Positions 13,275 to 24,780 of a stretch of 64,000 nucleotides of DNA are shown here, in pieces. Each line of letters opens with the position of its first letter. Position 1 is the stretch's first letter. The DNA comes from Camelus dromedarius (Eukaryota): the NCBI RefSeq assembly GCF_036321535.1, contig NC_087436.1:9920001-9984000 (forward strand). The letters run 5' to 3'. A model generated the notes under the pieces. It worked only from the letters and a program-made list of their open reading frames with translations, ran no database searches and had not been told where the DNA came from. A program made the translations under genes and the position numbers.

Positions 13275-14189
13275 CTCCTATGTGCCAAACACTATTCTAT
13301 TCTAGGTGTTTAGGTTACATAGGTGAGCAAAACACTGATTCCTGCTGGCATAGAGTGTATATTTTGGCAAGCAATACTTCTAAATGGATTTTAGTAATCT
13401 AAATTATTTCATACTGGATGATTTATCTTACTGAAGATTTGCTAAATAATTTTTAAAATATCAACAAAAGAGGAAACTCAGACACTTTGTAAAAAGTCAG
13501 GCATTACTAAAAGTACCATACAAGAAATGATGATAAAATATACAGAAAATCTGCTAAATGCTGAAACTCATGTCACAGAACTTCACTAAAATAAGCTGGG
13601 TTCATCAATTAAGATAAGACCTTCTCTTCAGTGAAAAAATGAACAGTATTTCAGACCATTTTTCCATCAGGCACAAATAGTATTAGAAAGTCTTGGTAGG
13701 TGCAAGAAATAAATCGCAATGAACTGTTACATTTGGAAATCCGTGGACCAGCCTAAGTACAGCAGTGAAATCACAAGGGAGCCATTAAAGTATTACTTGT
13801 TAGGAGTTAAAAGCACTTGAAATGCTTATTTTGTTATGTTACAAAGACTCAAACAAGGCATTTAATCTGAGAGATGTAAAATCAGAAAGAATAAATTTCT
13901 TAAGATTTTCTTGAAAATCAAGCTGTATCACTAATTATACAGCATTTAACAAGCAATAGCTGGCAATATAACTAAATGTCATAATATTGTACCAAAACCA
14001 CTTCTAAACATGATTGGTGAAACAAAAGGAAAACCAATTTTGTCAAATGTGTTCATCGGTAGTAACATGATTTAAAATTTTGAGAGTTCAACTGACAGCC
14101 TGTCATACCTCTTTGCTGGAAGAGCTCCTCCTAGGCACAAGGTCTGTTCTTGAGGGTCTGATGGCTCATAGCAGCAGGTAAAACCCACT

Positions 14190-14299
14190 GGGAAAGAAAG
14201 AGAGGAAGGAAGGAAGGAAGGAAGGAAGGAAGGAAGGAAGGAAGGAAGGAAGGAGAAAAAAGAAATAAAGGGAAAGAGAAAGAGAGAAAGAAAGAGACA

Positions 14300-14363
<64 letters not shown>

Positions 14364-14494
14364 GAAAGAAAAAGGAAGGAAGGAAGGAAGGAAGGAAGGA
14401 AGGAAGGAAGGAAGGAAGGAAGGAAGGAAGGAAGGAAAGGAAAGGAAGGAAGGAAAGGAAAGGAAAGAAGGAAGAAAGAAATGAAGGAGAAAAG
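14190..14494 (+). repeat. Compound polypurine microsatellite (GGAA)n-(GAAA)n-(GGAA)n
   Basis: Directly visible; almost entirely purine for about 300 bp. Confidence 0.98.
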
Positions 14495-14975
14495 TTGCAC
14501 AGCATCCTTTAACTCATCTTTCTTTACCCCCATGGTTTTGACACCGTCAGTGTTATTCAGAGATAACCTAATACTTTACCAGCAGTGTTGTACACTGTGA
14601 AAAAAAATTTTTTTTCTTATTCCACTATTTCTATTAAAGAGACTGTAGGGATGGTGGTTTTTAATCTCCTCCAATTCTGTCCCACACAGAATGGTTACCT
14701 TATTTTATTTGGAAGGTTACTAAACACCCCCACTTCTTCCTTTCCAACTCACAGCATTTTGTTTTCAGGGTGTATAAATTTTCATCATTTAAGGAATTTT
14801 GGAAAAGTTATGATTCATTATCTCTTCTGTATTTTCTCTTAACTCCTTCTATGTCACACATATTGTCATCCATCTCCTGAATTTAAAAAAAAAAATAGAG
14901 TATTAAAAAAAAAAACCAGAGCATGCTGTGGCTACTTTGTATTCTTTCAATTATGCATTCTTAAATAAAATTTAA

Positions 14976-15103
14976 GGAGGGAGGGTATAGCTCAGTGTTA
15001 AGAGTGTGTGCGTAGCATGCACAAGGTCCTGCGTTCAATCCCTAGTACCTCCATTAAAAAAAATAAATAAGTACACTTAATCACTTCCCCCTAAACAAAT
15101 AAA
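14976..15103 (+). mobile_element. tRNA-derived SINE (vic-1-like)
   Basis: ggagggtatagctcagtg...gttcaatccctagtacctcc plus A-rich tail; TSD taaataaaatttaa at 14962-14975 and 15104-15117. Confidence 0.92.
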
Positions 15104-15194
15104 TAAATAAAATTTAAATTGCAGCTGTGGAATGATTGAGAATTTTTGTGCCATGGGATTGACCTTGCCTCTGAAACCATTTCTTTCCCCACCC

Positions 15195-15330
15195 CCGCTT
15201 TATTGAAATATAACTGACAAACAAAATTTTCTAAGTTTAAGGTGTACAACGTGTTGATTTGATATATATTGTGAAATTATTTCCATAATAAAGCTAACAC
15301 ATACATCGCCTCACATACTGACAAGTTTTT
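15195..15330 (-). mobile_element. Short L1 3' end fragment
   Basis: gctttattgaaatataactgaca...tttaaggtgtacaacgtgttgatttg. Confidence 0.7.
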
Positions 15331-15680
15331 GAAGCCATTTTAAGGTTTTTATTTTTTTTAATATAAAATCAAATAGGAAAATTACGTTGCACAAAAGTTA
15401 ACTCAGTTTTGCCTCATCAAAAATACATCCCTTGGGCATTAGCAGAGGTAATTCACACCTGATGTCCCTGTTACTCAGCTGCACTGCTATTTTTCTAGTG
15501 ATTGACTATTTCAGTCTCAGAGCATGAAAAACTGGCAGAGAATTATGAAAGAATTAATGAAGAGAATCTTCAAAAGAATAGACTGTACTTATTACAAGCT
15601 GCATTTTCACTGAAACTTCAACCAAGATGGTGCCCAGATTCCTCCTCACACGTTAGATGACATTGGCTCCTGGAAGCGAT

Positions 15681-15694
15681 GTGCCCTCTGGTGG
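15681..15694 (-). promoter_or_regulatory. CTCF core motif (candidate insulator or loop anchor)
   Basis: Reverse complement CCACCAGAGGGCAC matches the CCASYAGRKGGCRS consensus at all positions, in non-repeat DNA. Confidence 0.55.
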
Positions 15695-16855
15695 TGCTAG
15701 GGCTACACCCAATAATGACTCGTTGATTTTGGCTTAGAAACAGAACGCATCTGAACGTGCGGTGTTACCTTCCTTTACAAATTCAGTTTGAGTTTCTGTT
15801 TCATTTCACTGCCAAACACATTTATATAATCACAGATCTTATATATTTTAACTTAAATTGTTTCTCCTGTAAATATCACCCATGCTCTTTCCATCTCCAG
15901 GTGTTCGAACACAGATATGGACGAGGTGTAGGATGACTTGACTTAATTCTATTGAGATCCATGCTTCCTAAATCCCTCTTATACTTTTTCCTAAATTTTG
16001 TTCTCTTGCTTACCAGGTTCTCATTTCTAAAGCTCATTCACAGACACTGGAAATACTTGGATAATTGATGGAGTTTTATTACACCAATGGAGCCAAAAAA
16101 AACAAAACAAAACAAAACAAAACAACAACAACAAAAAACCTAGAGCAAAAGTGCTGATGGCTGGCATGATACAGGCAGTCGGAGCAGGCAGTCTGGGGCA
16201 TGCTGATTTCACAGCGCAAAAACAGCAGGTGCTCTGTACAGGGAGAAGGGGCACAGCTGCAAAGAGCAGGGGCCCTCGAAAAAGATGGCCTTGGAGTACA
16301 CGCTGTGAGGGGGAAGTGGCTGGCTGTCAGGGACATCCTGGGTCTCACCGGGCAGCAATTTCAATCAGCAGGGTTATTTCTAGATTTTTTTAAAGGCAGT
16401 CAAATGGATAAATTACATACACATTCATCTTTTTAATTTGCTGCCTAGTCAATAAGAGTTTATTTTCCTGAGAAAAATCAAAGCTGAGGGTTTTTTTTTT
16501 TTCTCTTTGTTTGTCTTCAAAGAAAGTGGGGGAAGTGAGCAGTGTGTAATTTAGCTGGATTGCTGAATAAAACTATAACCTTCTACCTGATCACCTTTAG
16601 ATTCATGGTTTATGATATTTATCAATTTAACCTCATCATGACCTCTGCTACTCTGTGGAAAGTTGTAAATAGAGTAGTCAATTTGCTTTACAAATATTCC
16701 AGGCCACTCAAAGGCAATTTATCCTACACACTTATCTCTAGCATTTAACAAAATAGAACAATACTGGCAAAATATGGCCCCCAAATAAAATTCCTAAACT
16801 GACTGCTCTCCTTTATTTTTCCCTATTTTCATGTTCCTATTTAAATATGCAGTCA

Positions 16856-17484
16856 TCCAGCAATCCCACTCCTAGGCATATATCAGGAGAAAACTCTTAA
16901 TTCAAAAGGATACATGCACCCCAATGTTCACAGCAGCACTATTTACAATAGCCAAGACATGGAAACAACCTAAATGTCCATCAACAGAGGACTGGATAAA
17001 GAAATTGTGGTGTATTTATACAATGGAATACTACTCAACCATAAAAAAGATAAAACAATGCCATTTGTAGCAACATGGATGGACCTGGAGATTATCGTTC
17101 TGAGTGAAATAACTTAAAGACAAATATCATATGATATCACTTCATGTGGAATCTAAAAAAATGATACAAATAAACTTATCCACAAAATAGAAATAGATTC
17201 ACAGACACAGAAAACAAACTTATGGTTACCAAAGGAGAAAGTGGAGTGAAGAATAAATTGAGAATTTGGGATTAACAGGTATACACTACTATATATAAAA
17301 CAGATAAACAACAAGGACCTATTGTATAGCACAGGGAACTATATTTAATATCTTGACATATTTAATAATCTATAATGGAAAAGAATCTGAAAAAGTATAT
17401 ATATGAATGTGTATATATATATACATATATAACTGAATCACTTTGCTACACACCTGGACCATTGTAAACCAACTACATGTCAAT
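16856..17484 (+). mobile_element. 5'-truncated L1 (ORF2 end plus 3' UTR)
   Basis: atccagcaatcccactcctaggcata...gcagcactatttacaatagccaagacatgg...tgtatagcacagggaactata...aataaa. Confidence 0.93.
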
Positions 17485-17544
17485 AAAAAGAAAGAAAGAA
17501 AGAAAGAAAGAAAAAAGAAAGAAAGAAAGAAAAAAGAAAGAAAA

Positions 17545-17596
<52 letters not shown>

Positions 17597-17741
17597 AAAG
17601 AAGAGAAAGAAAAAGAAAGAAAGAAAGAAAAGAAAAAGAAAGAAAGGAAAGAAAAAAGAAAAGAAAAAGAAAGAAAGGAAGGAAGGAAAGAAAGAAAGAT
17701 GAAAGAAAAGAAGGAAGGAAGGAAGGAATGAAAGAAAGAAA

Positions 17742-17822
<81 letters not shown>

Positions 17823-17899
17823 AAAGAAGAGAAGAGAAAGAAAAGAAAGAAAAAAGAAAGAAAGAAAAAGAAAGAAAGGAAGGAAGGAAGGAAGAAAGA
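17485..17899 (+). repeat. (GAAA)n/(GGAA)n microsatellite grown from the L1 poly(A) tail
   Basis: About 415 bp of near-pure purine directly after the L1 polyadenylation signal. Confidence 0.97.
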
Positions 17900-19389
17900 C
17901 TCAATCCAAAGACTTCCTCCTGTAGTCTTCCTGAATCTCCCCAGTCAGGATTATCCCTCTGTCCCCAGTGTTCCTGCAATATACATGCATACATTTCACA
18001 TTATGATATTACATTTCTTCACATACATTTCTATTATGATATTAATTTCGTTCTGTCTTAATTCTACCATGTTATAAGAAGTCTACTCTCACGAAAGTAA
18101 TGAATGGGTTATTTGTAATGATACTCACAGCCATCTTCATGCTTATGGAACTAAGGGTATTTTCTAAGGACTTGATTCTATTCATTGCTTTTGCTCTATA
18201 TTTTTCATTGTTATTTTCTTTGCTCTCCACCCCACTTGCCTGACTGTAGTATCCAACTATTAGTATGTGTTTGTAATAAACAGTTCTGGGGGCCATCATG
18301 TGGTAATTCTATGCACATATATTACATTCAAAATTCAAAATTAGGAGCCTTGAGGTGTAAAATTGCCCTTGTCTAAAAGAGGAACATACAAAATAAAGCG
18401 TTGAATGTCTACTGGAATTTTATAGACATTCTCCTAAAAATGCAGCAACTATAAAACCAGGATCAGATTCTAGAAAAACTGAATTGAAAACTCAAATAAT
18501 ACTGGTCAGTAAATAATTATCTGATCTGTAAGAGCGAAAGAAAGAAAGAAAAATGAGTGCTTTAAGGGAAATCAACACTTCCAAAAATCTCATCCGTGTA
18601 TAATGTTAGTGAAACCACACAAGCTGCTTTTTCATATCACAAGCAGCAGTTTCAAGCCCTGAGAGGCAGCACTGACTTAGAAATATAAAAACAGAAGGGA
18701 AAAAAGGAAAGAAGGAAGGAAGAAAAGAAGGGCTTCTTATATTGTACATTTTGTTCCAATTGGCATAGATATTGACTAAAGGGAGTTTGGGGATATTTCT
18801 ATTCTATCACCATGAATATCATTTGGTAATGGTTTTGTATTTTGACTCCAGTAGTATCATCTGGAAAACATGGAACTCCGTAGCTGAATAGTCCATATGT
18901 GATTATAACTCCAGTGATGTGCAGAAGTATTGTCGTGACAGCTAACACATCCCCGTGCACTTTGTTATTCTTTCATCAAACGCTTCTTGTTTCCTCTGTA
19001 TCTCGGAACTGAGGGTACCAGGTTGCACAAGATGCAAACAAACTGATAAATCCACGTGCTCTTAGGAGGAGGAGCATAAGTGATTGATTTTGCTTCTAAG
19101 TATAGAGGAAAGTCTGGGAAGGTAGGAGCAGCCTGACCTCATCTCAGGAGTGATTAGTTTGCCAAGAAGGTGGAGATGGGTGGGGAGGGAAAGAGATTCT
19201 CCAGACAGAGGGAATGAGAGCAAAGGGCCAGCAATGTGAAAGGACAGGTACAGTCAGAGAGCTCTAAATAGAAAGATATTGCTGGAGCATAGAGTTCAGT
19301 GGAGAGAATGGCAGTTAAGGGGAGTCTGAAGTGCAGACAGGAGCCAAACGTTGAGATCTGAAGCTAAGGACTCAGTCTTCACCCTCCTG

Positions 19390-19560
19390 GCTAGGGGTTC
19401 TCTTCAGTGTGTGTCAGGGTCACCTGGGGAGCTTGTTAAAATGTCCCACTCCTAACACTTTTCATTCAGCAGGTCCGGTATGAGGTCCAGAAAGCCATTT
19501 TTAGCAAGAATCCTTAGTGACATATTTGAAGGTGGTTTTTGTTTCTATTTGAAGAAAACA
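19390..19560. mobile_element. MER5-like DNA transposon relic
   Basis: tcacctggggagcttgttaaaatg...attcagcaggtc...catttttagcaag. Confidence 0.6.
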
Positions 19561-20027
19561 GCCATAATAATCGGGGTTGTGGAGTCCATTCTAACCAGAA
19601 GCATGACATTCTGCAGGATAACATGGGATGGGGAAAAGAAGGGAGTGGGACACACTTGACATGATCTGATTTGTAAAACCATTGGTCTGGGATTAAGGGG
19701 ACCTAGACTCTGAGTTTGGCTCCATCACTGACCAGATGTGTTTTTTCAGAGTAGTTTTCTATTTTATCTGTCCTTCATCTGCATCTTTCACTAAAGAGTA
19801 TATGGAACATTATGAACCTTCCTTCTAAGTAGATAAGTAATGAAACTAAAATACTTTTAAAACGTTTATGCTCTAGGCAACTTAAATGGAAGTTTTATGA
19901 TTGTAGACTAGGCATGTGTTACAGTCCGAATAAATCAAGAATCTGACCCAGATTAGAGAATGTGCAGGATTAACAGATACCAGCTAACACTTAAGTTTGG
20001 GGTTTTGGAAAAAAAATTGTGTCATTC

Positions 20028-20110
20028 CTCTTAAAATTAAATATTAAAATTAATATTAAATATTAAATAAAATTACTCTTAAAATTAAATATTAAATAAA
20101 AAGTAAATAT
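20028..20110. repeat. AT-rich local tandem duplication
   Basis: ctcttaaaattaaatattaaa at about 20028 and again at about 20076. Confidence 0.8.
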
Positions 20111-21791
20111 CAAAGAAAAAGTGCATAATTACTTGTTCTAGTTAAAAATCAATATAATCCTTTTTCTGTCTTTAATTGAATATCTGTTTCACTTATAACT
20201 GTGAAAGATATCTTTTAATTATTTGTAATATTATTTGTAATTGTATTTTAATTATTTTAATTTATAATCATTTTAAATTAATAGTTTTAGAGTTTTCACA
20301 ACAGCTCTGAGTGATTTATTAACAACGCATCGGCATACAAAGAACACCTTCACACCGTTATCAGCCGTTATCACTTACCTTCCTGAACCTTCACATCATT
20401 TTATGGATCGTCTCGTAATCTGAAGAATAATGTTTAATTTCAGGCCCGTGAGTACATATGAAAATATCAAAAGACTGCCTTTTCATGCCTGAATAAAAAA
20501 CTGAAAATTCAGACTTTTCATTTAACATCCCTTTTAATGCACTGATGTAGCAAAATTGATGACTAACTTTTTTTTTTTTTTTTAACTTAGAATAAGTGGC
20601 TTGACCTCTTGGGAACTCAGTTTCTTTTTTCACTAATTTTTAATTGAATAAGCTTCCAGAATATATTTTTTTTAACTGACTGATCTAGTTATTTGAACAT
20701 CATGTTAATGGAATTGAGGTCCTGGGATCTTACATCACATAAAAGGTGTTTTTCTTGTTTTTTCCCTCTGTTTCAAGACCACAAATTGCAACCCGGTTAG
20801 CCGTCTTGAAAATACATCTATTCTTTATCAGAAGAATTAAAAAAAAAAAACAAAAAACCACGGATGAAATGAGTGAAAACATTTGCCATTATTTTAGGAA
20901 CAGCCACTAAGAGTATCCTCAATATTAAAGCTAGATGCTTAAATATGAATATAGGTTTTCAGACCAAAAGAAGAAACATGTGGTCAGAACTTAAGCTTAC
21001 TATCCTCCTAATAAGTTCTAAGGAACCATTAAAAATTAAAATAGCTAACAGATATCTATGTGCTATTTGCCAGGAATTGTTATAAGCACTTTGCATAAAT
21101 TATCTAATTTATCTCAAAACCCCTGTAAACATGAATATATCTCCAATTTTTTAGTTGGGCATGATTCATTCCGAAGCCTAATTTAAAAGTGGGGATTTAA
21201 AAGAATCCACATGAAACAAAAACCAGACAGCTGTTCTCGGGCAAAGGTTACTGGAGTTCCTGGACTGAAAGTCAGGAAACCTGATTTCTTAAACCAGCTT
21301 CGCTACCAGCCAGCTGTGTGCTTTGAAGAAAGCGAGTTAACTTTCTTGTCCTTAGCTGTTTGGTTTTTTTTTTTTTTTTCTCCCATTATAATATCACAGG
21401 ACTGGACAAGGAGCCTCCAATATCTCCTGTTCTAAAATTTTATGATTCTATAATTGGGAATAAAGGCTGTTGCCCATCCCTTGAGTTAAACATGAATAAT
21501 GGATCACCGCAGGTCTGAAAAATACGCCTTTAATCTCGTGTGACACCTCAGGCTCCTGGTGTCACGGGACAGCTATACCAATCACATTTGGCTGCTTTGC
21601 TTCTATAGTTTATGGCCAGAAAAGGTTTGCTTTAGATAACACACTCTTGTGTTGTGCCACTGTTGCTAAGATACAGTTTTGTAAATAAAAGTTATTTTAA
21701 ATACACATCCTGGTGTGGGGAGGGAAAAAAATCAGGGGAAATGGCTGGCCAAAGTTTTAAACTATTTTGAGAGGACAGAGAGAATGCTTTA

Positions 21792-21939
21792 TTATTTTTT
21801 AAAATGTGAATTCAGACGGCTTTATTGGGGGGGGGGAGGTAATTAGATTTATTTCTAATGGAGGTACTGGGGATTGAACCCAGGACCTCATGCGTGCTAA
21901 GCACACACTATACCACTGAGCGTAGTCTACCCTCCTCCC
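21792..21939 (-). mobile_element. tRNA-derived SINE (vic-1-like)
   Basis: ggaggtactggggattgaacccaggacctc...taccactgagc; imperfect TSD gagaatgctt/gaggatgcct. Confidence 0.9.
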
Positions 21940-22289
21940 TGAGGATGCCTTTAGATAAAGCTTTAAAAGGCCCAATTTCAAGTGCGAGGTAAAATTACTT
22001 TGCTTTACCCTGAGGCTGGATGGAGAGAGTGCAAGGACGCACAGAGGGAGAGAGCAATCAAGGTGAGGGACTGTGATCAATGGCTTTGCAGCTGTGATCT
22101 GGTCAGTTGAAAAGATACAGATGCTGTTGCAACATCGTCCGCAAAATATTTCGTCCTTGATATTTATGCCCATCTTTTCACCAAAAAAGAAGAGAAAATT
22201 TGATTGTCATCATCCACCATAGATCAGAAAAGCCAGATCTTAGGAATCCCTGTTGAAGACTCAAGGGATTCCAACTGGACAGCCCTGTC

Positions 22290-22620
22290 TCCGAGAGCAG
22301 GTGGCAGGCGCGCTACCGGCCAGAGATGGTAGAGTCACCGGTTCTCCGAGTGCTGGACACCGACAGGCGGGAAGCCGGTGTCCTCCAGGCCCTCCACCAC
22401 GCGCCTGCAATCCCACCGTCAGGTGCGCGTCCTCGCGCCCAGGGACATTGTGACATCACTTTTCAGACGCTCCTTGGAAACGTGAAGGAGGTAAGTGGGG
22501 AGGGGGCGTGTCACGCTGCAGCTTAGACTTCGCAGGGGTATTTCTGGGCAACCAGCTGTCCTCGGGATGAGAGGGCGGTGAGACAGGAGGGGTCTGGAGG
22601 GCACCTTGGTTGCCAGGCAA
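22290..22620. promoter_or_regulatory. Small CpG-island-like element (candidate promoter or enhancer)
   Basis: About 21 CpG (hand count) in about 245 bp against a CpG-depleted background. TGACATCA at 22451-22458, GC box at 22497-22510, X-box-like GTTGCCAGGCAA at 22609-22620, splice donor GAG|GTAAGT after 22490. Confidence 0.55.
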
Positions 22621-23127
22621 GGGGGAAAAGGAGCTGGCAGCAAACTGCAGGGCTTCCAAGCCAGATTTTGCCTGCTTCTCTCATTTTACCATGGCTGGGG
22701 CCAGCTGCCCAGCCTTATTTGTCTTCGTGAATGAAGCTTGCTCCCTCCACTGATGTCCCCCGACTTTTGTGACTCTAGGCAAAATTCTTCTTAGCCACAT
22801 TCAAATGATCAGGCTTGGCGTAATTCTCTCCCAGTCTGAGACTCCTGTCTCTCGGTCCGGGTAGGCTCTGGAAACATAGCATGATCTTAAGTTTATTCAT
22901 CAAAAGACTCAGCATCTGATGAGCTTCTGAGAGGGGATTGAAAGCATCACCCCTGCTCCCCGGCCTTGCCAGCCTTCGTGACACTGACTACTTCAGGAGG
23001 GCCACCCTGAGAAAACGCCGCGTCACCTGCCCAGTCACCCCCCCACACACAGAGACGCAAACCAGTCAGGAGCTTCCCCGGTCTGTCACCACAACCAGCT
23101 CTTCTCCTCCCCGGGTCACTGCCTTCT

Positions 23128-23569
23128 GTTACCGTTATCATTATTACTATGATCGTTAATATTACTATTATCATTATTGCTATTAATATTACTACCATTA
23201 TTCCTATTCCTATTATTGCTATTATTGTGATTATTATTACTATTATCATTGTTACTACTACTATTCTTATTGCCATTATCATTATTGCTATTATTATTAC
23301 TATTAGTAGTATTACTATTATAATCATTGCTATATTACTACTACTATTATTATCATCATTATTGTGATTATTACTGCTATCATTATTATTGCTACTATTC
23401 ATATTACCGTCAGCATTACTATTATTATTACTATCATCATTGTGGCCATTATTAGTACTATTATTATTACTACTATGACCATTATTGCTATTATTATTAC
23501 TATTATCAACACCATTAATATTACTATTATCATTATGGCTATTATTATCATTACTACTATTATTATTGC
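23128..23569. repeat. Long degenerate (ATT/ACT/ATC)n trinucleotide repeat
   Basis: About 440 bp of imperfect ATT-based triplets. Confidence 0.97.
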
Positions 23570-24780
23570 CCAACTTCCTCACAAGACGCTAAGTAGTGTC
23601 TCCAGTCACAGCCATGTCTTGGTGCCCACCTTGTCTCCCCAAAAATAGGCTCAGGTTCTGTACTTGGCACTGGTTGGCCTTTGGTGAAGAGCTTTTAAGT
23701 AAATAAAAAATGATGAGAGCAGCAGATCATTTCACTACTATTTGAAATAATATCCGAAGGCAAGGAACATGCTTAGTGTTTCCCTCCGTTTCTTAGTGGG
23801 GAACATAGGGCTGAAACCGTCCACCACGGTTTGGCTGGTTGTGTATGTGCCGCTCTGAGTCATGAGGAGCTCAGCCCCTGCCACAAGAGTTGGAGCTCAG
23901 GATGGTGGGTGATATGTGGTGCTCATACCCCAGGGTTCTACTTCCCTTTTCTCTCCTGGTTTTGCCCCAATCTGTCCTTTTCCTTCCTTCCCTTCCATCT
24001 GACCCAGGATCAGTTACCCTCTGTGGATCTCCCTTGTCCAGGCTGTAAAAATAAACAAAAAGAAGAAAACAGTGGCGAAATTACTCTTCTAGTAAATAAA
24101 GGTTAACTTGGAAATCGCTGATGTCTGGACTGCTTGGCTAATGTAAGAACACAAATCACATATTTCTCCTGTACATGCCCCTGGGAAAATCCTGGAGGGA
24201 CGTGTTGGTTATGGGATTCAGGCTGTTTCACAGAAACAGAACTAAAAACAAAACAAGTGGCTCTCACTGCCAAAGGAAAACGAGGACTATAAATCTTGCC
24301 AAAAATAAAGTCCACTAAAAAAGTAGCAGAACATAATAACAAACTTGGGAGTTCAAACGTACTGTCTTCAAAGAATTCTATGATTCTCAAGATGTGGATA
24401 TGTTATGTACAGCCATTTCCTAGAATTTTCAATAAGCCACACTTTAAGGGGATGCATGTTTAAAATCCAGTGTGCTTGCGGTCAACCTTGCCTATGGTTG
24501 AGATGTTCCACAACCTGCTAGACTTGTACTGGGCTTCTGAGCTCTTGAGCATCTGATGAACATGAAGTAAAGGTTAGTTGTGTTCTGTACAATAGAATTA
24601 AATGCTAATTGAGCCCTACAGGTGCTTCGCACTATCCTATTCATGCATCCTGCCTCATTTAATTCTCAAGAGGATGGTATATCTCAAGTGGTAGGGCACA
24701 TGCTTAGCATGCACTAGGTCCTGGGTTCAATCCCTGGTACCTCCATTAAAAAAAAAAAACTAGTAATAAGTCAGTAAACA

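Noticed and set aside
14072..14533. 153-aa and 124-aa F/L/S/P-rich ORFs
   Set aside because: Read-through of the GGAA/GAAA microsatellite.
14976..15052. tRNA-like sequence with A and B boxes (also in the other copies)
   Set aside because: SINE head followed by an A-rich tail and TSD; not a tRNA gene.
17443..17994. 160-aa K/E/R-rich and 173-aa F/S/L-rich ORFs
   Set aside because: Read-through of the GAAA microsatellite at an L1 tail.
22947..23648. 211-aa Asn/Ile-rich ORF (longest in the track) and overlapping Ile-rich ORFs
   Set aside because: Translation of the degenerate ATT repeat; the apparent transmembrane segment is a low-complexity artefact.
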